DNA of 64,000 nt from positions 13,702,001-13,766,000 of the forward strand of contig JAGIQG010000016.1 in the NCBI GenBank assembly GCA_024679065.1, given 5' to 3'. This DNA comes from Sphyrna mokarran. Lineage: Eukaryota. Below, piece by piece: positions 1-12,279 of the stretch. Below the pieces are notes generated by a model, which had not been told where the DNA came from, ran no database searches, and saw only the letters and a program-made list of their open reading frames with translations. The position numbers and the translations under genes are program-made. The first letter of the stretch is position 1. The number at the start of each line of letters is the position of its first letter.

Positions 1-41
1 AGGGCCTGTTCTGTGCTGTAATGTTCTATGTTCTATCTATG
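1..41 (+). mobile_element. CR1 LINE 3' tail (window edge)
   Basis: AGGGCCTGTTCTGTGCTGTAATGTTCTATGTTCTAT matches the tails of the CR1 copies at ~3276-3318 and ~9460-9493. Confidence 0.85.
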
Positions 42-335
42 TCATGTTGTTTTGCCAGGCACTGCTCCTCAGTACCCACCAATCCAATCATCTTAGTGTC
101 ATCAGCAAATTTGCTGATCACACCACCTATCCCCTCTTCCAAGTCATTTATATACACCACAAATAGAAGGGGTCCTAGTACAGCGCCCTGTGGCACACCA
201 CTAGTGACAGACCTCCAGTTGGAAAAAGATCCTTCCACTACTACCCGCTTTCTCCTCCTCCCAAGCCAGTTCTCAACCCATCTACATACTTGGCCCTGTA
301 TACCATGCGACTTCACCTTTTCTATCAGCCTACCA
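42..335 (-). mobile_element. CR1 LINE ORF2 reverse transcriptase fragment
   Basis: ORF 26..316(-) carries SGVPQGAVLGPLLFVVYINDL and SKFADDTK, CR1 RT motifs. Confidence 0.95.
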
Positions 336-1809
336 TAGTATTACGAACAGTTTAAATGGCATTATATTATGTTTATTTTGTTTGTGTTATCATGTATTAT
401 GTGTTTACGTGGATTATTATGATCTCCAGTTGCTTCAATGCAACCAGCTGAACATCACTGATTTTTAGAAATGGTCATTCCGTAATTTGTAAGGCTATTT
501 CAATTATTGACATAGTGGGTGTTGCACTCAGAGGTGCTTCGATACAATCGTCATTCCTGTAACAGTCACGTGTACATTGACGAAATCCGTGGAAGAACAT
601 TAAACGTCCTCCCCTGCATGCATTGATAGCTAAATCATATGAGACGATGAACTTTAGGCACGATGAACATTAGTGTTTTGCTAGCAGCCGAAATACAATT
701 GGAAGAACACCCCTTGTGACAACAGCGATAAACACTGAACAGGAAGTAGCCATCGTCCTGAAACATATAACTAATTTCCCGCTGTTTTTAGGCATATTTA
801 GTTCAACGAATATCCGGCAGCCTGTATTCCAGATGCCTATAAACCAGGAACGGCTCATTTCCATGGAGAGGCAGTATGGCTGGACTGAGCTGCCAACGAC
901 GCATAAATAGATCATTCAATCAGTCCATGGGGAAACAGGCCCTTCACTATTTCCGTCCTCCTCATTGCCAGTTTCCGTCCCCATTCCATCCCCCCATAAG
1001 CTCTCCTGCTCATCTTCTTAAGCCTCCCGTCGCAATTTTCTCCAAATATCCTGTCACCCACCGCTCAGCTGGTCGTTGGCCTATCCAAACCAACTTCTAG
1101 GCCACGTCAAATCGATAGTGCAACATGGCTTGTCGCGATCTCGCCAGCCCCTCCTGGATGGGAAACCCAGATCGACCTCCTCCATTTCTCTCGCACCGAA
1201 AACTATTGCAGAGCTCGCAGCCCCAAAACACTAACAGCGATCCACCCAGCCTCAGTAGGCCCCGTTGGCCCCGTCACTTTTGGACTGCCCGATTTAAAGT
1301 GCATGACTGCCCTTTGGGCAGTGCCAGGGTGCCAAGTGGGAACTTCGTCAGGAGGACAATCTGTTCAAGAACTCCAGAGAGATGAGGCTAGGGGAACGTG
1401 GGTAGCTTAACGGATTTTGTCCCAAACAGTGGGGTGTGCACGCCTGGAACTCTTTAATGCGGAACATCGCCCGCTGACGAGCGGACTGTGGGATGGGATT
1501 GGGGGCGGGGGCGTCGGTTGGCAGTAGGGAGAGAGTAACATTCTTCCATCACTAACCACATGGAAATGTGAAATTCGATGTGGTAATCGGCCTTGCAATG
1601 ATTTCCAGCGGGAGTATGATTACGTCAGAGAGAAAGTTCTCAAAGTCTGGTGATCGGCTCATCCCCTCCATCCCACCTCCTCCCCCACCCCACCCCCGGC
1701 CCACACAGAACTCCGTATATTTCATTTACTCCATTGGACGTCGAACAAATGAAAATTTATGTTTTTAAAGAATGTGCGCGTACGAAATGGCAGGAAAGTT
1801 TCAAAAAAC

Positions 1810-2350
1810 GGAGGGCGAGTGAGAGAAATAGGGACATTTTGTGTGTGAGCGTATCTGTGTGTTGGAGTGACAAAAAGTGAGTGAGCGAATATGAGAGCGG
1901 GAGGCAGCTTGTCAGTGAGACAGTGACTGACTGACAGTGGAAGATAAACGGAGAGAAAAACAACGAGGCAGAAAGTGAGACAGATTGATAAAGCGAAAAA
2001 GAGCGAGAGTGAGAGAGGAGGAGAACAGGGAAATGTAAGGTAAACAGTGAGAATGAGTCAAAGACGGTGTGGGAGAGTATCAGAGACTGAAAGATGGAAA
2101 GCAGAGAGGCATGAAAGAAGCAGGTATATGGAGGGTGTGAGAATTTGTATCTTTGTGTGCTGTATGTGTGAAAGCGAGACAGAATGAGAATGAGAAGGCG
2201 GGAGAGACTGAAAACAAGGGACAGGCAAGAGAGAGAGAGAGATAGAGAGAAAGGACAGGGGGTAAGCGTGTGTTTGTAAGGGACAAAACGAAATACAGAG
2301 GCCGAGGGTAATAAGGGATGGGTGGCGAAGAGAAACGGGGTGAGAGATTG
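1810..2350. repeat. GA-rich low-complexity tract
   Basis: Degenerate (GA)n/GAGA purine-rich stretch; explains the Ser/Leu-rich minus-strand ORFs. Confidence 0.8.
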
Positions 2351-3035
2351 AAATCACTGTCGATATATCAGTTTAGAAAGACAACTATTTCAACATGAAG
2401 CCGAGAAGACAGATACAGATCCCACTGTTCATTAAACAGGCAAAAATTAGCCACATCGCATGATCTCTAACCAAACTTTTGGAAATTGTAGAATGTGTCA
2501 ATCCAACTTTACCCACATATTCAACATTTTAATTATGATAATCTTTCCATCTCGTCGGTGTTGTTGCTTCAGAAGGCACGAGCCTTTGTTGACATCATCA
2601 TCCGCCTATTTCCCTGTGTCTTTCGTCGCTGGTGTAGCCGTACACTTCTTTTTGTCTACCATCCTCATTTTTTTTTCATGGTAATCTCCATAAGAAGCCA
2701 TTTCCCCTTTACAATAATACCTGTCTTCCCTGTAGTTCAGGGACATGATGTCCTAAAGCATGGATAATTGTCACGTCTTTCAGTGGATGTTTTGTTTCAT
2801 ATTTCAGGAAAAGATTCGGAAGCGAAGGATTTGCGTAAAGCTCATAATTGCAGATGCATTATATAGTACTGCAGAAATCATTTACCACCACATAATTTGG
2901 AAAATAAGGAACGACAGAGAATTTACACGCTCGTTGATGTGTATCCTGTAACAAAAAAGGGTGTATCTTATTTCAAAAATGCAGAAATTGATGAAGCTGA
3001 GCAACGATAAAGGCATGTGAAGGGAAGGCCAAAAT

Positions 3036-3318
3036 GATAGCACGAGGGGACACAGCTTTAAATTAAGGGGTATGAGTTATAGGACGGATATCAGAGGTAG
3101 GTTCTTTACTCAAAGAGTGATTAGGGAGTGGAATGCCCTGCCTGCAGCTGTTGTAGATGCGCCAAGTTTGGTGGCGTTTAAGAGGTTAATTGATAAGTAT
3201 ATGGAAGAGAAGGGAATGGTTTAGTTTGGAGGGGCATTGCTTTTTATTTTGGTCGGCACAACATCGAAGGCCGAAGGGCCTGTTCTGTGCTGTAATGTTC
3301 TATGTTCTATATGTTCTA
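3036..3318 (+). mobile_element. Young CR1 LINE 3' fragment
   Basis: Encodes STRGHSFKLRG...IRGRFFTQRV..EWNALP, followed by the GTTCTAT tail; near-identical to ~9222-9493. Confidence 0.95.
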
Positions 3319-3754
3319 CAGTAAAGAGAATTGGGAGCAGTTTATATATTAATTTTACAATATATATTTATATTTGTTTTTCAATGCAATAAGTAATAAG
3401 TAATCATGTAAAATGTAACAGTAGGATATCATATCTATTGATATAATATATAATTGCATTATTGTATTAGAAATGAAATGCAATACGACACAAGCGATTG
3501 AATGCAATTATGAATGAAATAGAGAAGATGTAGAGGAAGGAACATCCGCCCTTCGTCGAGTATAGGAGAAACATCTGACAACGGCGAATCACTAGGGGAT
3601 GAAAGTCTTTTGAAACTGTGGAAAACATTTTCCATAGAAAATGACATACTGCAGGGAATTTGGGGAGTAGAAACAGTCAGCCAATTTATGAGATAATTAG
3701 ACGAACGATTATAGTACATAACACAAACGACATTTGATGATTGGCACACAATAT

Positions 3755-4640
3755 GAGTTGATTTGATTTATCATTTATATTTTAGTATAAAGTGGAAATT
3801 AGTGTTTCATCCGCAGCATAGAAACGAAGCGCAAAATGCATAGAAAAGGAAAGGACAAAGTTCAGAATGTAATGTTACTGTGACAGATAGATTCTCGAGA
3901 AAGGTCAACAAATACTACACTAAATGTCCATTGGCAACACGGGAAAAGCTATTCGTGAGTCTGATGGTATGCGTCCTCAAACTTTTGTATTTTTATTCTG
4001 ACTGGAAAAGCGTGGAAGACAGTGCGTTCCGAGTGCATGGATTATGCTGGTTGTTTTTCCAGGGCAGCGGGAAGTACAGACGGAGTTAATGGACTGGAGC
4101 TTCATTTGAATGATCGACTGGGCTTCATGAACGACCCTTTGTAGTTTTATGCGGTCCTGGACAGACTAGGAGCCAAACTGGTACCACAAGAAAATAAAAT
4201 CTTCCTCTGTGTATCTGTAAATGTTGGTGTGAGTCGTCGCGGATGTGCCGAAATTGCTTCTCATCATGTAGGTATAGAAACGTTGGTGCGCTTTCTTAAC
4301 TACAACTTTGCCATGAAGAGACCAGGACAGGTTGTTTGGTGAAGTGGACAAATGAAAAAGTAAAAATCTGGACATTTCCACCTCTTCCCTGTTGATGTAG
4401 ACTGGAGCATGTCATCCACTTCGCTGCTTGAAGTCGATGACTATCTCCTCCGTTTTGTTCACATTGAAGGAGAGATCGTTATCGTTGCATTAGTTTCGGT
4501 AGATCCTCTATATCTTTCATGTATTCCGTTTCACAAATCGGTGAGATCGATTCGCAACCATGAAGTCAACAGCAAACGTGAAATTCGAGTTTGGGGATTT
4601 CAGCCACACAGTCATATGTGCAGAAGGAATTCTACAAGGA
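3755..4640 (-). mobile_element. Degenerate Rex1/Babar-type LINE 3' portion
   Basis: Minus-strand translation NNLSWS...VVKKAHQRFY...TNIYRYT; AT-rich (TGATT)-like tail near 3755; same family as 35280-36130. Confidence 0.7.
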
Positions 4641-5099
4641 ATTAAGAACTGGAAAGCCACTTGGTGTGTTACAAACTAGGCAAATGATCAGTTACACAAT
4701 TTCAATATCTACCTGAATGAAAATGATGTTCGGGACAAGACTTGGTATGCTTGGCCAGACAATAATTGGCAATGGACACGAAACCAACTCGGACAGGCGG
4801 AGGAAAATAATGATGAGTTTTCTATACTACAGACTCCTGATGATCTCCCCACTGTACATAAACTCGTGTTGACAATTTATGGGCGAGGTGTGACGACAAA
4901 TGCCAGTGACATGTGAGAGTATAATTCCTATCGTCAAACGCCGCTGCTGCTACAGGGAGAGAAGTGTGACGTTGCTGGATGGCCTGTGGAACAAACAATA
5001 ATTATTGTCGTGATGGTACCGAGTATTTCGTGCCCCTTAGGCGACTAAACTTAAAGAATAAATTTAGAGCTGTTCACTGTTCTAATATTATAGATGATT

Positions 5100-5365
5100 T
5101 GTCACAATTAGTTTTATATTGACATTGCAATGAAGTGATTGTAAAAAAATTCCCCTCGTTGTCACACTCCTGCTCGGGTATCCTTAGAGATATTTTACAT
5201 TGGCCAATACACAAAATTTGCACATTACTGAGTGTGAGAAGAAAGCGGAGCGCCCGTAGGAAATCCACGCAGGCACAAGAAAATATGCAAACTCCACACT
5301 GACAGTGGTCCAAGCTGGGAATCAAACCGCGGTCCCTGACACTGTGAGACAGCAGTGCTAACCAC
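5100..5365 (-). mobile_element. HE1-like tRNA-derived SINE
   Basis: Reverse complement begins AGTGGTTAGCACTGCTGTCTCACAGTGTCAGGGACCGCGGTTTGATTCC (A/B box head). Confidence 0.85.
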
Positions 5366-6407
5366 TTTCTGGATGGTGAAAGGTCTACTGGGATAGTTTT
5401 TTTTGCAAACGAAAATGTTTCTTCATTTTTCAAAGTCTTGTCCAGTTGGAATACGGATAACGGATGAAAAATGAAATATGTTGCTGGGCACTTTACGACT
5501 ATGTTCAGCTTTCTAAATGACTGCATACAAATTACACATTCTTTTATTAAGGTAAATTTTGATCCATAGCTACGCACATTTATACTTATCACCCAAGTGT
5601 GAATATTTATTCATGCAATGTATTTATTGAATTGCTCTGATCGAACGGATACAAAGACCTTGAGTTACGTAGTTCTCTGAACTGTCGAATACTGCAAGTG
5701 GTTGACCAGCCATTTTTTCCCAAAGTATTGCCGATATTGAAATACTGAATGTAATTAAGTTGTCATATATATCAATGCTCAAGTAACCAAATAATTACTA
5801 TGCTAGTGATGTTGATAAGCACCCTTCCCAAATAAACGTGAACAATTTATTCTGATCTGCCTTCAGCATTGCTTGTACTGCACTGATATTGTGCCAATGA
5901 GCACCTTTCATCTAATGTAATTACTCGCTGTACCTCGGTAAAGTTCAATGCAATTTATAGCAGGCCACATCAACTGTACAAGCCGCCCACTTATCTATGC
6001 TTCACATAAAGATAAAGCATACGTGCGGGAAGGCCTCTGGGTTGGTTGGGGTGGTAGTGGTCTGTTAACTTCTACTAACAGCCAAGCAATGTATTATTTA
6101 TCACTCATATGTAAGACTCTATGTACAAGCAGATTGCAGGACAGCAAGCGTCCAGACTTGAAAGAGGAAATTCTGTCCTTGCATAGCTGAGGATTTGGAT
6201 TTTGTATTTTTTCGTGCCTGATGTGAAAATACGAAGACGTCTTTACAACTTTAGCATTTTAGATAATTTGCCATATGTTTCCCTCGCAGTATATATGAGA
6301 TAATTTGCTTTGTATTACAATTATACTTAAATAATGTTTCCACTTAGGGACTGGATGTGGAGAATAAATGTTCACTCTCACTCACAGAACCGTTTATTTT
6401 TCACTAA

Positions 6408-6740
6408 GGAAGAGGAGAGAGAAGGGGTGGAAACGAGAAAGTAAGAGACAAGGGAGCGAGAGGAACAGAGCGAAAAAGAGAGGAAGGTGAAGGGAAAAAA
6501 GAGAGAGAGAAAACTGAGAGAGATTCAGAGAGGGAGAGTGACAGAAAATAATCAAAGAAACAGCGGGCGACAACGAGAGAAAAAATAGATAGATAGGTAG
6601 ATAAATAGACAGTTGAAGCGAAAGGAAAAGAGAGAGAAAGGGATACAGAGGCAGAAGACACATAAATAGGCAGAACGAAAGAGATCGATGAGAAAGCAAG
6701 AGACAGCAAGACGAATAGAGAGAACAAAATAAGAGGGAAA
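6408..6740. repeat. GA/GATA-rich low-complexity tract
   Basis: Purine-rich degenerate microsatellite. Confidence 0.8.
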
Positions 6741-7421
6741 TTGTCGCCTTATTTTTACAATCGAATACCAGTAATTGCTCAGAAGTGATGTTAAATAAGT
6801 TTTTTCTGTATTCCGCTGAGTTCAGCCTTGCAAACTTCGTTATAGATAAGTGAACGCAGCCCATTCAACTCTCCGTTGACAGAAGTGTGTGTGATTTCTG
6901 CCATTGCTAGTGCCGTTTAACATGAAGCTGTTCATTGACGGTTCTTTCTCTGTTTCAAATATTGCTGTTCAGATTTTGAGAAAATCATTAGGCATAAAGG
7001 TAAGACGTATGTATTTCAATTCTTTTTTTCGTTACGGTACATATATTTTGCACTCTTACCTCATTTGAACTCACGTTGTGAACTTTCCAATCGATGACCT
7101 CATCTTGCAACAGCTCTAATTCTATTTTTTCCTGATAAAATGACACATAGTCTAATTCCCCGTCGCACTGTGTTACTTCCTCCACAGTTTCTGCTTTATG
7201 AAATTGATATAAAATTGTTTAAAATGGAACCATTGCTGATCGGTTTCCTTTTTAATTAATTCGTCTCAATATTTTGGCCTATCCTCAATTTGGTTATGAG
7301 AATGAACTGATATCTTAGTAAACCACTTTTTTTTCAGAGGAGTGATGAAGTATGTGGTGTCTGCTCAGAAATCATTGCCACGACATTGCTTATCAATGCC
7401 GATATGACTGTCAATACATTT

Positions 7422-7767
7422 TGTTAGCAATAAAGAGTTTCAAATAAATCATTCAACGTTCAGAGTTTGTCCTCACATCGACTGTTTTCGTCGGCGGGGA
7501 AATGGCTAAAACGCAGTGCTTCTCTCCGATGAACAAAGCGAAAGCATACATTCTGATATATATATTCAAAATATTTACAGCAGATTACGCTGGATCTTGT
7601 CCAATAATTTTGATTACAAATTATATACAGTAGTCACATATCCAATGAAAAACTCATTACGTATGACGGACTTGTGCATGATCAGTTCGTGCTCTCATGG
7701 ACACGAATCATCTTACCTTTTCAACATTATCTTCCTTTCTCCGGGTGCCTTGGTCGAGTCCACTATA
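7422..7767 (-). repeat. 3' LTR of the 7422-12279 element
   Basis: Collinear with 11919-12279 (shared TGTTAGC..., CTTGTCCAATAAT, ATATCCAATGAAAAAC, CTTGTGCATGATCAGTTCGTG); ends ...CTAACA on the minus strand. Confidence 0.75.
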
Positions 7768-8792
7768 CTGCCCATTTAAAAATAACTTACAGTCCATATA
7801 AAAGAAAGATAAATGCGAATACCCAATTGCAATGTGCTGAGCGCTAACCCGCGCTTGGTAACGTTTAGCATACCAGGCGGTTTCCAATATCGTTATCAGC
7901 CAATAACCTTTGTATAATAACTCTTCACTTGTCATATCAATAATAAAAACAACAAGTGTCACTGGTCATAATGATGCTGTAGGGTCCAATCATTTTGGTG
8001 TAAAACTTACTTATTCAGAGGATTCTCACGAATTCTCTGCCCGTGCTGCTGTTCAACTACAGCCGTCTGAATTCCATCACTTTCCTCACAGAAAATGTGG
8101 AATGGTTTGGTGATGTCCTTTTTTTTTTCCGCCGTTGAGTCCGGTTGAAACGACCACTTAGGCATAATCTGCCACCATCTTCATATAATAGCTAAAATGT
8201 CTTCACAACTTGTCTTTATCCTTTTCTGGTGAACAGACAGTGTACATAAATAACTAAACCCCTGTTCTCTGCAATCTTTTCTTCCAAATTATAAAATCTG
8301 ATAACGTATTTGAAACAGGTATCAAATTATTCAATTTGATCCCAAAAAATGTTTTGATTGCCTGTTCTTATCACAAATAACATCATTTCATTCAGGTAAC
8401 TTAGTTATAGTACTTCTTGTATCAGAACCATCAAAAACTCAGGAAACAATGTTGTGGGCTTTCGACTGCCCATTAGTGTCTATCTAATCTCTTCTTTCTT
8501 TTTAAGCAAATTTTGTCCTTCATCCACAGCTATCACCTAAAGTACATTCTACTTCCCAGAATCCCTTTACATGTCTCGGTTGTATTAAATGAACCCCACT
8601 TTGATTCTGCTCTCCTCCGTTTATTATCAGCTCCCTTGTAACATTTTTTATTACTCTGTTCCTTGCTTTTTTCTAACTTATTCCATTGAATTATTTCCCT
8701 CATCTATAATTATCTTAATCTGCCAATTTGTGATATAAGCTGTCTTACCCTTTTAGCCCGCCTGGCATCTAATACAGCTTTCACAGTTCACT

Positions 8793-9493
8793 GTGTTGTT
8801 GATGAACAGAGGGATCTTGGTGTGTATGTGCATAGATCCCTGAAAGTAGGCAGGCAAGTCGAGAAGGTTGTTGAGAAGGCATATGGAGTCTTAGCTTTTA
8901 GTGGTAGGGGGATTGAATTTCGGAGCCGCAACGTCATGTTGCAACTGTACAAAACTCTAGTGCGGCCGCACTTGGAGTATTGTGTGCAGTTCTGGTCCCC
9001 ACATTATAAGAAAGATGTGGAGGCATTGGAGAGGGTACAGAGGAGGTTTACCAGGATGTTGCCTGGTATGGAGGGCAGGTCTTATGAAGAGAGGCTGAGG
9101 GATTTGAGGTTGTTTTCGTTAGAAAGGAGGCGGCTAAGAGGGGACCTTATCGAAACATATAAGATGATTAGAGGTTTAGATAGGGTGGACAGTGATAGCC
9201 TTTTTCCTAGGATGGAGAAAGCTAGCACGAGGGGACACAGCTTTAAATTAAGGGGTGATAGTTATAGGACGGATATCAGAGGTAGGTTCTTTACCCAAAG
9301 GGTGGTTCGGGAGTGGAATGCCCTGCCTGCAGCAGTTGTAGATGCGCCAAGTTTGGTGGCGTTTAAGAGGTTAGTTGATAAGTATATGGAAGAGAAGGGA
9401 ATGGTTTAGTTTGGAGGGGCATTGCTTTTTATATTGGTCGGCGCAACATCGAAGGCCGAAGGGCCTGTTCTGTGCTGTAATGTTCTATGTTCA
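8793..9493 (+). mobile_element. Young 5'-truncated CR1 LINE nested in the LTR element
   Basis: ORF 8822..9409 with LYKTLVRPHLEYCVQFWSP...LERRRLRGDLIE is uninterrupted; GTTCTAT tail. Confidence 0.95.
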
Positions 9494-11897
9494 ACTTTCC
9501 CATACTCAATATTTTCAATAGGGCGCGCTTTGTGTTTAGAACTACTACTCCAGTTGTGTGGTTGATTCATTACTTTGCATACCCATGTCACATATCTCAG
9601 TTAAAATGCATTATGGCAGTATATTAATTCCCATCATTAAACTCGAACTCCTATTTTACTTATGTAACTCCCTATTAAACATTCACTCCCCCCCAACCCC
9701 TCCGTTTCTTGTGGATTTTTTTTTTATTTTATGCCTTAAAATTACTGCCAGTCTTATAACGCAAAGATCATCCTGCATGGGACAGAATAGATTAATTCTC
9801 TGCTTCTTTCAGCAAGGGCAGAGTAAGTTAACCCAGATGGACATCATTATTTCAAACACTGCAGAATAATTCTGTATTTTTATCTTTTTTTTTGACTGTC
9901 AGTCCTTTCAAAATATAGATCCGAATTTAACAGAAGCCTGGTCCAAAATATGATGTATTTTTATCACTTTTAAACACCCCTATTAAATTTAGATTTATGC
10001 ACTTCCTTACAATCTCTCCAGTTAAAGCTCAAAATTTGCATGATTAATTACTTCTACAGCTCTGCCTCTGTAATCAACGCAGGCAAATACAAAATCAAGT
10101 GAGTAGTGTGACTGAATGATTAAGTCTCCTTACAACTATTTCAGATGTAACCTTTCCCACGTGGTGGAGCTCAAATCTCTGCCGGATTCCTATTCTTGAA
10201 AATGACCATGGTCACTAAGATTAAAGAATCTCTACCCTACCTCAATTGCATTATCGTAACATTTCAAATGGGGGAAAATAATTTATTAAATTTGCACACT
10301 GAGAAGAAATCCACTTTAACCTGTTATAGCCCATTTCACCACATGACGCTTTAGATCGTTCAATTACATCCTCTTTCTCTCTTTGCCATACACAGAAACT
10401 CCGAGCCTGCTTGTTTACGTTAACTGTTTACCCCGTTCTTTTTGTCTATGGCGCTTCAGATCAACTAATTTCACAAAATTTGAGTGTCTTCGTCTTTGCA
10501 GACGCAATGACGCTGGTGTCTGTAATATTAATCGGGACAACCACGGTTAGCTTAGATTTCTGGTGGTTATCTACAGCGTTGCCCAAATTTCCAAATCATC
10601 ATAATTGTTATAAAAAATGCCAGCCCTGTATTTAGTATCTCCTGGTGCGCAAGACTCAGTCCATCACGATATAATTGGAGGAAAATTTGCATATAGGCAT
10701 GCCGCTTTTTGCAAGGGAAGCTTCAAACTTCCAACTTCCATATTTTTGTGCTCCTTCTCGTTTGTTCTGGTTGAAGATGGCATTACAATTTATGTTAACT
10801 AACTTATCGTATCGGTTACATCGGCCTTAAAAGCCAGAAAGTTTTGTGCCTGTTGTTGGATGTTTGCGGCCAGGTTTGCACATCAATTTCTACCTCAGTG
10901 AGCAGCGATCTATCCCCGCAACATCCTCATTCTGGAGGTGATGGCAGTCCTGAATTTCTACCAGAAAACTGTGTTACCACGGCGGAGCTCCAACAAATGT
11001 AATTTGTCCAGCAATGCCATAGTGTCCCCAGGCAGCAAAGAGATATATGTCACCCTCAACTGAGGTGGTCATGTGAGTGCCCCTGATGCTATTCCCCGTA
11101 TTCCCTGTTAGGCAAGAATCACTGGGATGTATTCCGTCTTTACAGACGTTGCCTAAACCTGGATTTCTGCGTCATAAAGTGACAGGGCGTCCCTGTCCCT
11201 CCCTAAACCATTATTGGCTTTCTTTAACATCTTGGTTGTTCAATTTACGTCATCGGTATGAGACGGAGATCTCGGGATTTCATCCGTGAGTGCTGGCAAC
11301 ACTTCCTGTCCTTTGTAACCGACAGCTGTTCTTTTCTACTATTAACATATGCATTTACATTTCCTGTTAGAATGCATTGGTTCGAAGCATTACGACTAAT
11401 GTTTTTTTTTCATTCTTTTCCTTTCTTTTCAGTGTTCCACCATTGCCTTTGGTTTTGTGGAGGGGGGTGGGGGTGGGAGAAGAGGTCACGAGTCTTCCAA
11501 CTGGTTTGATCATTTTGTCAATAACTGTCTTATTTTTCTCCACTAGTCAAGGAGCCTTGTTTTCCCCCATTCGAGCTCACTTTCTCTACCTGTCATGATT
11601 GGGTGGGATGAGAACGGTTGGAAATGTATTTTCAGAGGCCCTCGCTCGCGCCCGCGCTACTTGTATTGGGCATGTCTCTTTTGGGTGGCTGTCATTCCCA
11701 AGTCAGTTGCTTATTCGAATACAGTAAGCAAGGCCCGACAAGGCCTACATCAATTAACAAATTATCTTCGCCGTTTTGAATGCTGGCCACACGCTGTTCA
11801 CTAGTTCGGAAGACACTACAGGTATTCCGGGATAAGCCTGTACTTATAATGAGTAAATATACTCGCCTCTTCTTTGATGGTATCGGTCGACTGAGGA

Positions 11898-11915
11898 ATC
11901 GTACTCAAGGCACCA
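11898..11915 (-). other. Degenerate primer-binding site, tRNA-His-like
   Basis: Minus strand reads ...CTAACA GTT TGGTGCCTTGAGTACGAT, 14/18 to the tRNA-His PBS TGGTGCCGTGACTCGGAT, 3 nt after the LTR end. Confidence 0.6.
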
Positions 11916-11918
11916 AAC

Positions 11919-12279
11919 TGTTAGCGGTAGAAAGTTTCACAAAAGAAAACACTCAACGCTCAGCGTTCGTCCTCGCATCAGACTATTTGCCGGCAGGAGA
12001 CAGCTTCTGTTAAATTCAGTGCCTCTCCCCAACGCACAAAGGAAGAACATCCATGCTTATACATTTTTCAAACATCTGCACAGCAAACCCCGCTCCCCCC
12101 CCCCTCACCCCCAGCGGTTGGTCCTTGTCCAATAATATTATCTGTCACATATAGTGGTCATATATCCAATGAAAAACGTATTACATAATATAGGCTTGTG
12201 CATGATCAGTTCGTGGTCTCGTGGTACTTCATCAATATTATCTTTCTTTCCCCCACCTGTAGTCTTTGAGTATACAATA
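11919..12279 (-). repeat. 5' LTR of the 7422-12279 element
   Basis: Homologous to 7422-7767; TATA-like TGTATAAG on the minus strand near 12060; abuts the PBS. Confidence 0.75.

Larger units (their letters stand above)
7422..12279 (-). mobile_element. Ancient LTR retroelement / ERV-like provirus, apparently env-less, heavily decayed
   Basis: Two homologous ~350-bp direct repeats, PBS next to the right copy, PPT-like AAATGGGCAG next to the left copy, integrase C-terminal GPY motif (MIGPYSIIMTSDT, ~7955-7995), possible zinc-knuckle remnant CGEMG (~10330-10345). Confidence 0.7.

Noticed and set aside
21-338. 105-aa + strand ORF
   Set aside because: Antisense shadow of the CR1 RT fragment
1085-1640. 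GC-richer segment resembling a CpG-island promoter
   Set aside because: No linked exon; looks like a non-autonomous repeat, but I cannot assign the family
6394-6864. Hydrophobic Leu/Ser-rich ORFs resembling membrane proteins (also 2058-2357)
   Set aside because: Translations of GA-rich low-complexity DNA
7338-7349. Possible 12-nt exon TTTCAG|AGGAGTGATGAA|GTATGT
   Set aside because: Contains TGA in the phase-1 frame needed to join the B30.2 exon; no further support
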